Below are positions 12,263 through 27,200 of a stretch of DNA of 64,000 bases, piece by piece. Positions within the stretch are counted from its first letter, which is position 1. Every line of letters begins with the position of its first letter. Below the pieces are notes generated by a model. It did no database searches, was not told where the DNA came from, and saw nothing but the letters and a program-made list of their open reading frames with translations. The position numbers and the translations under genes are program-made. Source of the stretch: Haplodiscus bocki (lineage: Eukaryota); contig OZ296652.1 in NCBI GenBank assembly GCA_965655095.1, forward strand, positions 372,001 to 436,000. The letters are read 5' to 3'.

Positions 12263-13499
12263 AAAAACCATGTACCGAACAGTAACCCCTCAGAAAAGCA
12301 AACACTTGGCTTTTTTATCAATGCCAAGAACTTGCATAGGAAACAATCGAGAGTTTCTCTCTTTCATTGAAAAGCTTTGTCTGGAAAGAGTATAGGAAGT
12401 TGATTTGCCAGAAGACTTTAGCACACCAGATGACTCTCACAATGATTATCCAGATTTTCCTATGGCGCCGACTAAGGAACCAATTGATAATTACTGGCTA
12501 GGGGAGATTCAGATTGATATGCTGGGAATGACAGCAACAAAGACAACTTGAACAAACAGCAAAAAAAAAATTGGTAAACACTTTATCAAAAAAACCAACT
12601 ACACAAAGCATTACCTGACAGTGACAAAAACGGTGAATTGGATTCGAAAAGTACCGAAACGCAGAGATTACTGCAATTTGAAAAGTGAAAATGACTCCGA
12701 AAGTATATAGAACTAAACAAAAAGAAAAGCATCAGCAAAAAATTTGACAACTTCTAAGATTATGATTAACTCAACCTTCGGCAAAAACATGAAAATCAAA
12801 TGGATGAGATTATCGATTGAGATTCTCCGCACGAAAGATGTTGTTAGCTTAAACAAAGAAAAAGTGGATCGAAACGAGAAAGATTATGACCAATCAAGTG
12901 GCCTCGAAAACGTCTGCACTGCGGAAAATCTATTGGGACACCGAATTTGTTGATGCCACAAACATGGAATATTGTTGGAACTCAATATGTATTGATTGCA
13001 CTAAAAACATAAAAAACCAAGCTTCAAAACCATGAATAGGACGGCTTGCAAGAAGGCCTCAAAAAATGATTGAACTTGAACAAAAATTTGATTGTCCAAA
13101 CTATCATCAACTGTACTCTAAACACCAAAACTTGGAAACACAAATTCAAAAACGAAATGGGCGGAAAAATCATTCAGAGTATCATTGCTCCAGAGACAAA
13201 GTTATATTCTACTTCTACGAAAGACGAAGTGGAAAATCTCCGCAAAAGGAACCACCAAGTATGCTCGGAGAGTCTACCAACATTCGGTTCTTTTTCCGAA
13301 GTGTTGCAAAGGTAAAGAAATCCCAACATTCGGTTCTTTTGCCGAATTGTTGCAAAGGCAAAGAAATCTTGAAAACCTTCAACAACACAATAAATTCAAT
13401 GGAACAATCTATTAGCTTTGCACACATCCAATAATTCTTTCAATTGTCCAAAGATACACAATGTCCAATGGTGTGCTACAAAACCCTATTGGACATTAT
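12263..13499 (+). pseudogene. pPolB pseudogene fragment, copy 5
   Basis: Tandem copy; ORF 12744..12953 shows SKIMINSTFGKNM. Confidence 0.86.
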
Positions 13500-15005
13500 T
13501 GCTTCCCTGCAAGACAATGTAATATTCCAACAAACTATCGCAGACGTTGAATGGAAAGAAGAGGAAGAGGACAACGCTATTCAGAGTAATCAATAGCTTT
13601 TGTCAACACATATAATCAAATGGTCAAGAACTCTCTGTGTTGACACCCCCGATCATGATTTTCACAAACGGCAAAAGCCGAAAACAAATCACGATATTAT
13701 AGAGCTTCAAGAATGGGACACTGAATCTGAAATCTCAACTACAGAATCAAGCATGTTTTTGAATTAGAAGCCGCTGAAGACCCTCCGAATAATCCACCTT
13801 CTTGCAACAATAGTAGATTATATAATAGTTTGTTGGCGTTTTTTTAATAAGCGTAACTTTACACTGGACTACTACACAAAACTTCAAACATTGCTTTTTT
13901 TCAAAAACGTGAAGGTAGAAAGCTTTGTGTTTAGTTTAGTCGGAAGTTCAATCTAAAAAATGTTCTACCGAATATCTCAGTTTCATACGGTGTGACCGCT
14001 GTTTGATAACAGCAAAGTAACTGAACATGAATTTGCAGGAGCAAAAAAATGGAATTTATCTGAAAGTGCGAAAGTCTGTAGGTATTAATAAACGCACCAC
14101 CGCAGCTGCTACAGATAGGTGAAGCAAGATAACCACTCCTATTACTAGCAAAGAATTTGAGAACAGATATGGCCACAGTCTGCTGCTCTCGAACCACAAT
14201 TTTGCTGCTTCCTGAAACGGAATCTGCTTTTCAGAGATACCCTTTTCAGAATAATAAATATGCACTGCGACCAAAAGTTATCGAATCATAAACTATTTTG
14301 AATAGTCTTGAGATCGTTTTCCTGGGAATTTTTGTGTAATTTTTCAGTGTACAGCAAGATTTTCAGTCATACAACCTTTCATTTTATTCGTAGACGAGAA
14401 GTTCTCTGATTATTTCGTTGAAATCAGAGCATGAACTTGAAAACTTTCTGCTTACTCTCCTGCTTGGTACACTCCGTCAATTCTGCTGTTTCTGTCTGCA
14501 GCAGATTATGGCGGTGTCTGGTTGGCAAAGTTATGCAAACAATGTTAACATTATCTGGAAGAGTTAGTTGATCCCCACTACTATAAAATTCAGTCACACT
14601 ACATCCATTGATCGATTTTTGATCGATTCAGCCAGGAGCTCACTTGCAATGCTTTGTCAGAAAATTGTACAGCGTACCAGACTGGAGGATAAAATCTCTG
14701 GGCTTCTAATCCCAGTGCTGGTCTACAATTTACCTTTGTAATGAATACTCCGATCGTGTTTTTCAAAAATTTCACGAAACATTCCTTTTCCTTGCTATTT
14801 GTTGTTGGTAAAGCGTAAGTTCTGCATAGACACGGTAGCAAACAAAGTTTTGGCTCATCCTTGTAATTCTCTCAAAAACTATGTGCAAGAATGTGATAAA
14901 AATTAACTTGATAAAGATTAATAAAGATGCCATAAGAAAGCTTGCAGCGAACAAGAAGGATTGACAAAGAATGTGAAAAAGATACCGAAAGAAAGTTTGA
15001 GGAGA

Positions 15006-16242
15006 AAAAACCATGTACCAAACAGTAACCCCTCAGAAAAGGAAACACTTGGCTTTTTTATCAATGCCAAGAACTTGCATAGGAAATAATCGAGAGTTTC
15101 TCTCTTTCATCGAAAAGCTTTGTCTGGAAAGAGTAAAGGAAGTTGATTTGCCAGAAGACTTCAGCACACCAGATGACTCTCACAATGGTTATCCAGATTT
15201 TCCTATGGCGCCGACTAAGGAACCAATTGATAATTACTGGCTAGGGGAGATTCAGACTGATATGCTGGGAATGACAGCAACAAAGACAACTTGAACAAAC
15301 AGCAAAAAAAATTGGTAAACACTTTATCAAAAAAACCAACTACCCAAAGCATTACCTGACACTGACAAAAACGGTGAATTGGATTTGAAAAGTACCGAAA
15401 CGCAGAGATTACTGCAATTTGAAAAGTGACAATGACTCCGAAAGTATATAGAACTAAACAAAAAGAAAAGCATCAGCAAAAAATTCGACAACTTCTAAGA
15501 TTATGATTAACTCAACCTTCGGCAAAAACATGAAAATCAGATGGATGAGATTATCGATTGAGATTCTCCGCACGAAAGATCAGTTGTTAGCTTAAACAAA
15601 GAAAAAGTGGATCGAAACGAGAAAGATTATGACCAATCAAGTGGCCTCAAAAACGTCTGCACTGCGGAAAATCTATTGGGACACCGAATTTGTTGATGCC
15701 ACAAACATGGAATATTGTTGGAACTCAATATGTATTGATTGCACTAAAAACATAAAGAACCAAGCTTCAAAACCATGAATAGGACGGCTTGCAAGAAGGC
15801 CTCAAAAAATGATTGAACTTGAACAAAAATTTGATTGTCCAAACTATCATCAACTGTATTCTAAACACCAAAACTTGGAAACACAAATTCAAAAACGAAA
15901 TGGGCGGAAAAATCATTCAGAGTATCATTGCTCCAGAGACAAAGTTATATTCTACTTCTACGAAAGACGAAGCGGAAAATCTCCGCAAAAGGAACCACCA
16001 AGTATGCTCGGAGAGTCTACCAACATTCGGTTCTTTTTCCGAATTGTTGCAAAGGCAAAGAATTCCCAACATTCGGTTCTTTTGCCGAATTGTTGCAAAG
16101 GCAAAGAAATCTTGAAAACCTTCAACAACACAATAAATTCAATGGAACAATCTATTAGCTTTGCACACATCCAATAATTCTTTCAATTGTCCAAAGATAC
16201 ACAATGTCCAATGGTGTGCTACAAAACCCTATTGGACATTAT
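15006..16242 (+). pseudogene. pPolB pseudogene fragment, copy 6
   Basis: Tandem copy with the same motifs and lesions. Confidence 0.86.
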
Positions 16243-17744
16243 TGCTTCCCTGCAAGACAATGTAATATTCCAACAAACTATCGCAGACGTTGAATGGAAA
16301 GAAGAGGAAGAGGACAACGCTATTCAGAGTAATCAATAGCTTTTGTCAACACATATAATCAAATGGTCAAGAACTCTCTGTGTTGACACCCCCGATCATG
16401 ATTTTCACAAACGGCAAAAGCCGAAAACAAATCACGATATTATAGAGCTTCAAGAATGGGACACTGAATCTGAAATCTCAACTACAGAATCAAGCATGTT
16501 TTTGAATTAGAAGCCGCTGAAGACCCTCCGAATAATCCACCTTCTTGCAACAATAGTAGATTATATAATAGTTTGTTGGCGTTTTTTTAATAAGCGTAAC
16601 TTTACACTGGACTACTACACAAAACTTCAAACATTGCTTTTTTTCAAAAACGTGAAGGTAGAAAGCTTTGTGTTTAGTTTAGTCGGAAGTTCAATCTAAA
16701 AAATGTTCTACCGAATATCTCAGTTTCATACGGTGTGACCGCTGTTTGATAACAGCAAAGTAACTGAACATGAATTTGCAGGAGCAAAAAAATGGAATTT
16801 ATCTGAAAGTGCGAAAGTCTGTAGATATTAATAAACGCACCACCGCAGCTGCTACAGATAGGTGAAGCAAGATAACCACTCCTATTACTAGCAAAGAATT
16901 TGAGAACAGATATGGCCACAGTCTGCTGCTCTCGAACCACAATTTTGCTGCTTCCTGAAACGGAATCTGCTTTTCAGAGATACCCTTTTCAGAGCAATAA
17001 ATATGCACTGCGACCAAAAGTTATCGAATCATAAACTATTTTGAATAGTCTTGAGATCGTTTTCCTGGGAATTTTTGTGTAATTTTTCAGTGTACAGCAA
17101 GATTTTCAGTCATACAACCTTTCATTTTATTCGTAGACGAGAAGTTCTCTGATTATTTCGTTGAAATCAGAGCATGAACTTGAAAATTTTCTGCTTACTC
17201 TCCTGCTTGGTACACTCCGTCAATTCTGCTGTTTCTGTCCGCAGCAGATTATGGCGGTGTCTGGTTGGCAAAGTTATGCAAACAATGTTAACATTATCTG
17301 GAAGAGTTAGTTGATCCCCACTACTATAAAATTCAGTCACACTACATCCATTGATCGATTTTTGATCGATTCAGCCAGGAGCTCACTTGCAATGCTTTGT
17401 CAGAAAATTGTACAGCGTACCAGACTGGAGGATAAAATCTCTGGGCTTCTAATCCCAGTGCTGGTCTACAATTCACCTTTGTAACGAATAGTCCGATCGT
17501 GTTTTTCAAAAATTTCACGAAACATTCCTTTTCCTTGCTATTTGTTGTTGGTAAAGCGTAAGTTCTGCATAGACACGGTAGCAAACAAAGTTTTGGCTCA
17601 TCCTTGTAATTCTCTCAAAAACTATGTGCAAGAATGTGATAAAAATTAACTTGATAAAGATTAATAAAGATGCCATAAGAAAGCTTGCAGCGAACAAGAA
17701 GGATTGACAAAGAATGTGAAAAAGATACCGAAAGTTTGAGGAGA

Positions 17745-18980
17745 AAAAACCATGTACCAAACAGTAACCCCTCAGAAAAGGAAACACTTGGCTTTTTTAT
17801 CAATGCCAAGAACTTGCATAGGAAATAATCGAGAGTTTCTCTCTTTCATTGAAAAGCTTTGTCTGGAAAGAGTAAAGGAAGTTGATTTGCCAGAAGACTT
17901 CAGCACACCAGATGACTCTCACAATGGTTATCCAGATTTTCCTATGGCGCCGACTAAGGAACCAATTGATAATTACTGGCTAGGGGAGATTCAGACTGAT
18001 ATGCTGGGAATGACAGCAACAAAGACAACTTGAACAAACAGCAAAAAAAATTGGTAAACACTTTATCAAAAAAACCAACTACCCAAAGCATTACCTGACA
18101 CTGACAAAAACGGTGAATTGGATTTGAAAAGTACCGAAACGCAGAGATTACTGCAATTTGAAAAGTGACAATGACTCCGAAAGTATATAGAACTAAACAA
18201 AAAGAAAAGCATCAGCAAAAAATTCGACAACTTCTAAGATTATGATTAACTCAACCTTCGGCAAAAACATGAAAATCAGATGGATGAGATTATCGATTGA
18301 GATTCTCCGCACGAAAGATCAGTTGTTAGCTTAAACAAAGAAAAAGTGGATCGAAACGAGAAAGATTATGACCAATCAAGTGGCCTCAAAAACGTCTGCA
18401 CTGCGGTAAATCTATTGGGACACCGAATTTGTTGATGCCACAAACATGGAATATTGTTGGAACTCAATATGTATTGATTGCACTAAAAACATAAAGAACC
18501 AAGCTTCAAAACCATGAATAGGACGGCTTGCAAGAAGGCCTCAAAAAATGATTGAACTTGAACAAAAATTTGATTGTCCAAACTATCATCAACTGTATTC
18601 TAAACACCAAAACTTGGAAACACAAATTCAAAAACGAAATGGGCGGAAAAATCATTCAGAGTATCATTGCTCCAGAGACAAAGTTATATTCTACTTCTAC
18701 GAAAGACGAAGCGGAAAATCTCCGCAAAAGGAACCACCAAGTATGCTCGGAGAGTCTACCAACATTCGGTTCTTTTTCCGAATTGTTGCAAAGGCAAAGA
18801 ATTCCCAACATTCGGCTCTTTTGCCGAACTGTTGCAAAGGCAAAGAAATCTTGAGAACTTTCAACAACACAATAAATTCAGTGGAACAATCTAATAGCTT
18901 TGCACACATCCAATAATTCTTTCAATTGTCCAAAGATACACAGTGTCCAATGGTGTGCTACAAAGCCTATTGGACATTAT
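17745..18980 (+). pseudogene. pPolB pseudogene fragment, copy 7
   Basis: Tandem copy with the same motifs and lesions. Confidence 0.86.
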
Positions 18981-20485
18981 TGCTTCCCTGCAAGACAATG
19001 TAATATTCCAACAAACTATCGCAGACGTTGAATGGAAAGAAGAGGAAGAGGACAACGCTATTCAGAGTAATCAATAGCTTTTGTCAACACATATAATCAA
19101 ATGGTCAAGAACTCTGTGTTGACACCCCCGATCATGATTTTCACAAACGGCAAAAGCCGAAAACAAATCACGATATTATAGAGCTTCAAGAATGGGACAC
19201 TGAATCTGAAATCTCAACTACAGAATCAAGCATGTTTTTGAATTAGAAGCCGCTGAAGACCCTCCGAATAATCCACCTTCTTGCAACAATAGTAGATTAT
19301 ATAATAGTTTGTTGGCGTTTTTTTTAATAAGCGTAACTTTACACTGGACTACTACACAAAACTTCAAACATTGCTTTTTTTCAAAAACGTGAAGGTAGAA
19401 AGCTTTGTGTTTAGTTTAGTAGGAAGTTCAATCTAAAAAATGTTCTACCGAATATCTCAGTTTCATACGGTGCGACCGCTGTTTGATAACAGCAAAGTAA
19501 CTGAACATGAATTTGCAGGAGCAAAAAAATGGAATTTATTTGAAAATGCGAAAGTCTGTAGGTATTAATAAACGCACCACCGCAACTGCTACAGATAGGT
19601 GAAGCAAGATAACCACTCCTATTACTAGCAAAGAATTTGAAAACAGACATGGCCACAGTCTGCTGCTCTCGAACCACAATTTTGCTGCTTCCTGAAACGG
19701 AATCTGCTTTTCAGAGATACCCTTTTCAGAGCAATAAATATGCACTGCGACCAAAAGTTATCGAATCATAAACTATTTTCAATAGTCTTGAGATCGTTTT
19801 CCTGGGAATTTTTGTGTAATTTTTCAGTGTACAGCAAGATTTTCAGTCATACAACCTTTCATTTTATTCGTAGACGAGAAGTTCTCTGATTATTTCGTTG
19901 AGATCAGAGCATGAACTTGAAGTTTTTCTGCTTACTCTCGTGAATGGTACACTCCGTCAATTCTGCTGTTTCTGTCCGCAGCAGATTATGGCGGTGTCTG
20001 GTTGGCAAAGTTATGCAAACAATGTTAACATTATCTGGAAGAGTTAGTTGATCCCCACTACTATAAAATTCAGTCACACTACATCCATTGATCGATTTTT
20101 GATCGATTCAGCCAGGAGCTCACTTGCAATGCTTTGTCAGAAAATTGTACAGCGTACCAGACTGGAGGATAAAATCTCTGGGCTTCTAATCCCAGTGCTG
20201 GTCTACAATTCACCATTGTAATGAATAGTCCGATCGTACTTTTCAAAAATTTCACGAAACATTCCTTTTCCTTGCTATTTGTTGTTGGTAAAGCTTAAGT
20301 TCTGCATAGACACGGTAGCAAACAAAGTTTTGGCTCATCCTTGTAATTCTCTCAAAAACTATGTGCAAGAATGTGATATAAAGTAACTTGATAAAGATTA
20401 ATAAAGATGCCATAAGAAAGCTTGCAGCGAACAAGAAGGATTGACAAAGAATGTGAAAAAGATACCGAAAGAAAGTTTGAGGAGA

Positions 20486-21721
20486 AAAAACCATGTACCG
20501 AACAGTAACCCCTCAGAAAAGGAAACACTTGGCTTTTTTATCAATGCCAAGAACTTGCATAGGAAATAATCGAGAGTTTCTCTCTTTCATTGAAAAGCTT
20601 TGTCTGGAAAGAGTAAAGGAAGTTGATTTGCCAGAAGACTTCAGCACACCAGATGACTCTCACAATGGTTATCCAGATTTTCCTATGGCGCCGACTAAGG
20701 AACCAATTGATAATTACTGGCTAGGGGAGATTCAGACTGATATGCTGGGAATGACAGCAACAAAGACAACTTGAACAAACAGCAAAAAAAATTGGTAAAC
20801 ACTTTATCAAAAAAACCAACTACCCAAAGCATTACCTGACACTGACAAAAACGGTGAATTGGATTTGAAAAGTACCGAAACGCAGAGATTACTGCAATTT
20901 GAAAAGTGACAATGACTCCGAAAGTATATAGAACTAAACAAAAAGAAAAGCATCAGCAAAAAATTCGACAACTTCTAAGATTATGATTAACTCAACCTTC
21001 GGCAAAAACATGAAAATCAGATGGATGAGATTATCGATTGAGATTCTCCGCACGAAAGATCAGTTGTTAGCTTAAACAAAGAAAAAGTGGATCGAAACGA
21101 GAAAGATTATGACCAATCAAGTGGCCTCAAAAACGTCTGCACTGCGGTAAATCTATTGGGACACCGAATTTGTTGATGCCACAAACATGGAATATTGTTG
21201 GAACTCAATATGTATTGATTGCACTAAAAACATAAAGAACCAAGCTTCAAAACCATGAATAGGACGGCTTGCAAGAAGGCCTCAAAAAATGATTGAACTT
21301 GAACAAAAATTTGATTGTCCAAACTATCATCAACTGTATTCTAAACACCAAAACTTGGAAACACAAATTCAAAAACGAAATGGGCGGAAAAATCATTCAG
21401 AGTATCATTGCTCCAGAGACAAAGTTATATTCTACTTCTACGAAAGACGAAGCGGAAAATCTCCGCAAAAGGAACCACCAAGTATGCTCGGAGAGTCTAC
21501 CAACATTCGGTTCTTTTTCCGAATTGTTGCAAAGGCAAAGAATTCCCAACATTCGGCTCTTTTGCCGAACTGTTGCAAAGGCAAAGAAATCTTGAGAACT
21601 TTCAACAACACAATAAATTCAGTGGAACAATCTAATAGCTTTGCACACATCCAATAATTCTTTCAATTGTCCAAAGATACACAGTGTCCAATGGTGTGCT
21701 ACAAAGCCTATTGGACATTAT
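20486..21721 (+). pseudogene. pPolB pseudogene fragment, copy 8
   Basis: Tandem copy with the same motifs and lesions. Confidence 0.86.
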
Positions 21722-23225
21722 TGCTTCCCTGCAAGACAATGTAATATTCCAACAAACTATCGCAGACGTTGAATGGAAAGAAGAGGAAGAGGACAACGCT
21801 ATTCAGAGTAATCAATAGCTTTTGTCAACACATATAATCAAATGGTCAAGAACTCTGTGTTGACACCCCCGATCATGATTTTCACAAACGGCAAAAGCCG
21901 AAAACAAATCACGATATTATAGAGCTTCAAGAATGGGACACTGAATCTGAAATCTCAACTACAGAATCAAGCATGTTTTTGAATTAGAAGCCGCTGAAGA
22001 CCCTCCGAATAATCCACCTTCTTGCAACAATAGTAGATTATATAATAGTTTGTTGGCGTTTTTTTAATAAGCGTAACTTTACACTGGACTACTACACAAA
22101 ACTTCAAACATTGCTTTTTTTCAAAAACGTGAAGGTAGAAAGCTTTGTGTTTAGTTTAGTCGGAAGTTCAATCTAAAAAATGTTCTACCGAATATCTCAG
22201 TTTCATACGGTGTGACCGCTGTTTGATAACAGCAAAGTAACTGAACATGAATTTGCAGGAGCAAAAAAATGGAATTTATCTGAAAGTGCGAAAGTCTGTA
22301 GGTATTAATAAACGCACCACCGCAGCTGCTACAGATAGGTGAAGCAAGATAACCACTCCTATTACTAGCAAAGAATTTGAGAACAGATATGGCCACAGTC
22401 TGCTGCTCTCGAACCACAATTTTGCTGCTTCCTGAAACGGAATCTGCTTTTCAGAGATACCCTTTTCAGAATAATAAATATGCACTGCGACCAAAAGTTA
22501 TCGAATCATAAACTATTTTGAATAGTCTTGAGATCGTTTTCCTGGGAATTTTTGTGTAATTTTTCAGTGTACAGCAAGATTTTCAGTCATACAACCTTTC
22601 ATTTTATTCGTAGACGAGAAGTTCTCTGATTATTTCGTTGAAATCAGAGCATGAACTTGAAAACTTTCTGCTTACTCTCCTGCTTGGTACACTCCGTCAA
22701 TTCTGCTGTTTCTGTCTGCAGCAGATTATGGCGGTGTCTGGTTGGCAAAGTTATGCAAACAATGTTAACATTATCTGGAAGAGTTAGTTGATCCCCACTA
22801 CTATAAAATTCAGTCACACTACATCCATTGATCGATTTTTGATCGATTCAGCCAGGAGCTCACTTGCAATGCTTTGTCAGAAAATTGTACAGCGTACCAG
22901 ACTGGAGGATAAAATCTCTGGGCTTCTAATCCCAGTGCTGGTCTACAATTTACCTTTGTAATGAATACTCCGATCGTGTTTTTCAAAAATTTCACGAAAC
23001 ATTCCTTTTCCTTGCTATTTGTTGTTGGTAAAGCGTAAGTTCTGCATAGACACGGTAGCAAACAAAGTTTTGGCTCATCCTTGTAATTCTCTCAAAAACT
23101 ATGTGCAAGAATGTGATAAAAATTAACTTGATAAAGATTAATAAAGATGCCATAAGAAAGCTTGCAGCGAACAAGAAGGATTGACAAAGAATGTGAAAAA
23201 GATACCGAAAGAAAGTTTGAGGAGA

Positions 23226-24462
23226 AAAAACCATGTACCAAACAGTAACCCCTCAGAAAAGGAAACACTTGGCTTTTTTATCAATGCCAAGAACTTGCAT
23301 AGGAAATAATCGAGAGTTTCTCTCTTTCATCGAAAAGCTTTGTCTGGAAAGAGTAAAGGAAGTTGATTTGCCAGAAGACTTCAGCACACCAGATGACTCT
23401 CACAATGGTTATCCAGATTTTCCTATGGCGCCGACTAAGGAACCAATTGATAATTACTGGCTAGGGGAGATTCAGACTGATATGCTGGGAATGACAGCAA
23501 CAAAGACAACTTGAACAAACAGCAAAAAAAATTGGTAAACACTTTATCAAAAAAACCAACTACCCAAAGCATTACCTGACACTGACAAAAACGGTGAATT
23601 GGATTTGAAAAGTACCGAAACGCAGAGATTACTGCAATTTGAAAAGTGACAATGACTCCGAAAGTATATAGAACTAAACAAAAAGAAAAGCATCAGCAAA
23701 AAATTCGACAACTTCTAAGATTATGATTAACTCAACCTTCGGCAAAAACATGAAAATCAGATGGATGAGATTATCGATTGAGATTCTCCGCACGAAAGAT
23801 CAGTTGTTAGCTTAAACAAAGAAAAAGTGGATCGAAACGAGAAAGATTATGACCAATCAAGTGGCCTCAAAAACGTCTGCACTGCGGAAAATCTATTGGG
23901 ACACCGAATTTGTTGATGCCACAAACATGGAATATTGTTGGAACTCAATATGTATTGATTGCACTAAAAACATAAAGAACCAAGCTTCAAAACCATGAAT
24001 AGGACGGCTTGCAAGAAGGCCTCAAAAAATGATTGAACTTGAACAAAAATTTGATTGTCCAAACTATCATCAACTGTATTCTAAACACCAAAACTTGGAA
24101 ACACAAATTCAAAAACGAAATGGGCGGAAAAATCATTCAGAGTATCATTGCTCCAGAGACAAAGTTATATTCTACTTCTACGAAAGACGAAGCGGAAAAT
24201 CTCCGCAAAAGGAACCACCAAGTATGCTCGGAGAGTCTACCAACATTCGGTTCTTTTTCCGAATTGTTGCAAAGGCAAAGAATTCCCAACATTCGGTTCT
24301 TTTGCCGAATTGTTGCAAAGGCAAAGAAATCTTGAAAACCTTCAACAACACAATAAATTCAATGGAACAATCTATTAGCTTTGCACACATCCAATAATTC
24401 TTTCAATTGTCCAAAGATACACAATGTCCAATGGTGTGCTACAAAACCCTATTGGACATTAT
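23226..24462 (+). pseudogene. pPolB pseudogene fragment, copy 9
   Basis: Appears identical to copy 6 (offset 8220). Confidence 0.86.
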
Positions 24463-25964
24463 TGCTTCCCTGCAAGACAATGTAATATTCCAACAAACTA
24501 TCGCAGACGTTGAATGGAAAGAAGAGGAAGAGGACAACGCTATTCAGAGTAATCAATAGCTTTTGTCAACACATATAATCAAATGGTCAAGAACTCTCTG
24601 TGTTGACACCCCCGATCATGATTTTCACAAACGGCAAAAGCCGAAAACAAATCACGATATTATAGAGCTTCAAGAATGGGACACTGAATCTGAAATCTCA
24701 ACTACAGAATCAAGCATGTTTTTGAATTAGAAGCCGCTGAAGACCCTCCGAATAATCCACCTTCTTGCAACAATAGTAGATTATATAATAGTTTGTTGGC
24801 GTTTTTTTAATAAGCGTAACTTTACACTGGACTACTACACAAAACTTCAAACATTGCTTTTTTTCAAAAACGTGAAGGTAGAAAGCTTTGTGTTTAGTTT
24901 AGTCGGAAGTTCAATCTAAAAAATGTTCTACCGAATATCTCAGTTTCATACGGTGTGACCGCTGTTTGATAACAGCAAAGTAACTGAACATGAATTTGCA
25001 GGAGCAAAAAAATGGAATTTATCTGAAAGTGCGAAAGTCTGTAGATATTAATAAACGCACCACCGCAGCTGCTACAGATAGGTGAAGCAAGATAACCACT
25101 CCTATTACTAGCAAAGAATTTGAGAACAGATATGGCCACAGTCTGCTGCTCTCGAACCACAATTTTGCTGCTTCCTGAAACGGAATCTGCTTTTCAGAGA
25201 TACCCTTTTCAGAGCAATAAATATGCACTGCGACCAAAAGTTATCGAATCATAAACTATTTTGAATAGTCTTGAGATCGTTTTCCTGGGAATTTTTGTGT
25301 AATTTTTCAGTGTACAGCAAGATTTTCAGTCATACAACCTTTCATTTTATTCGTAGACGAGAAGTTCTCTGATTATTTCGTTGAAATCAGAGCATGAACT
25401 TGAAAATTTTCTGCTTACTCTCCTGCTTGGTACACTCCGTCAATTCTGCTGTTTCTGTCCGCAGCAGATTATGGCGGTGTCTGGTTGGCAAAGTTATGCA
25501 AACAATGTTAACATTATCTGGAAGAGTTAGTTGATCCCCACTACTATAAAATTCAGTCACACTACATCCATTGATCGATTTTTGATCGATTCAGCCAGGA
25601 GCTCACTTGCAATGCTTTGTCAGAAAATTGTACAGCGTACCAGACTGGAGGATAAAATCTCTGGGCTTCTAATCCCAGTGCTGGTCTACAATTCACCTTT
25701 GTAACGAATAGTCCGATCGTGTTTTTCAAAAATTTCACGAAACATTCCTTTTCCTTGCTATTTGTTGTTGGTAAAGCGTAAGTTCTGCATAGACACGGTA
25801 GCAAACAAAGTTTTGGCTCATCCTTGTAATTCTCTCAAAAACTATGTGCAAGAATGTGATAAAAATTAACTTGATAAAGATTAATAAAGATGCCATAAGA
25901 AAGCTTGCAGCGAACAAGAAGGATTGACAAAGAATGTGAAAAAGATACCGAAAGTTTGAGGAGA

Positions 25965-27200
25965 AAAAACCATGTACCAAACAGTAACCCCTCAGAAAAG
26001 GAAACACTTGGCTTTTTTATCAATGCCAAGAACTTGCATAGGAAATAATCGAGAGTTTCTCTCTTTCATTGAAAAGCTTTGTCTGGAAAGAGTAAAGGAA
26101 GTTGATTTGCCAGAAGACTTCAGCACACCAGATGACTCTCACAATGGTTATCCAGATTTTCCTATGGCGCCGACTAAGGAACCAATTGATAATTACTGGC
26201 TAGGGGAGATTCAGACTGATATGCTGGGAATGACAGCAACAAAGACAACTTGAACAAACAGCAAAAAAAATTGGTAAACACTTTATCAAAAAAACCAACT
26301 ACCCAAAGCATTACCTGACACTGACAAAAACGGTGAATTGGATTTGAAAAGTACCGAAACGCAGAGATTACTGCAATTTGAAAAGTGACAATGACTCCGA
26401 AAGTATATAGAACTAAACAAAAAGAAAAGCATCAGCAAAAAATTCGACAACTTCTAAGATTATGATTAACTCAACCTTCGGCAAAAACATGAAAATCAGA
26501 TGGATGAGATTATCGATTGAGATTCTCCGCACGAAAGATCAGTTGTTAGCTTAAACAAAGAAAAAGTGGATCGAAACGAGAAAGATTATGACCAATCAAG
26601 TGGCCTCAAAAACGTCTGCACTGCGGTAAATCTATTGGGACACCGAATTTGTTGATGCCACAAACATGGAATATTGTTGGAACTCAATATGTATTGATTG
26701 CACTAAAAACATAAAGAACCAAGCTTCAAAACCATGAATAGGACGGCTTGCAAGAAGGCCTCAAAAAATGATTGAACTTGAACAAAAATTTGATTGTCCA
26801 AACTATCATCAACTGTATTCTAAACACCAAAACTTGGAAACACAAATTCAAAAACGAAATGGGCGGAAAAATCATTCAGAGTATCATTGCTCCAGAGACA
26901 AAGTTATATTCTACTTCTACGAAAGACGAAGCGGAAAATCTCCGCAAAAGGAACCACCAAGTATGCTCGGAGAGTCTACCAACATTCGGTTCTTTTTCCG
27001 AATTGTTGCAAAGGCAAAGAATTCCCAACATTCGGCTCTTTTGCCGAACTGTTGCAAAGGCAAAGAAATCTTGAGAACTTTCAACAACACAATAAATTCA
27101 GTGGAACAATCTAATAGCTTTGCACACATCCAATAATTCTTTCAATTGTCCAAAGATACACAGTGTCCAATGGTGTGCTACAAAGCCTATTGGACATTAT
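25965..27200 (+). pseudogene. pPolB pseudogene fragment, copy 10
   Basis: Appears identical to copy 7 (offset 8220). Confidence 0.86.
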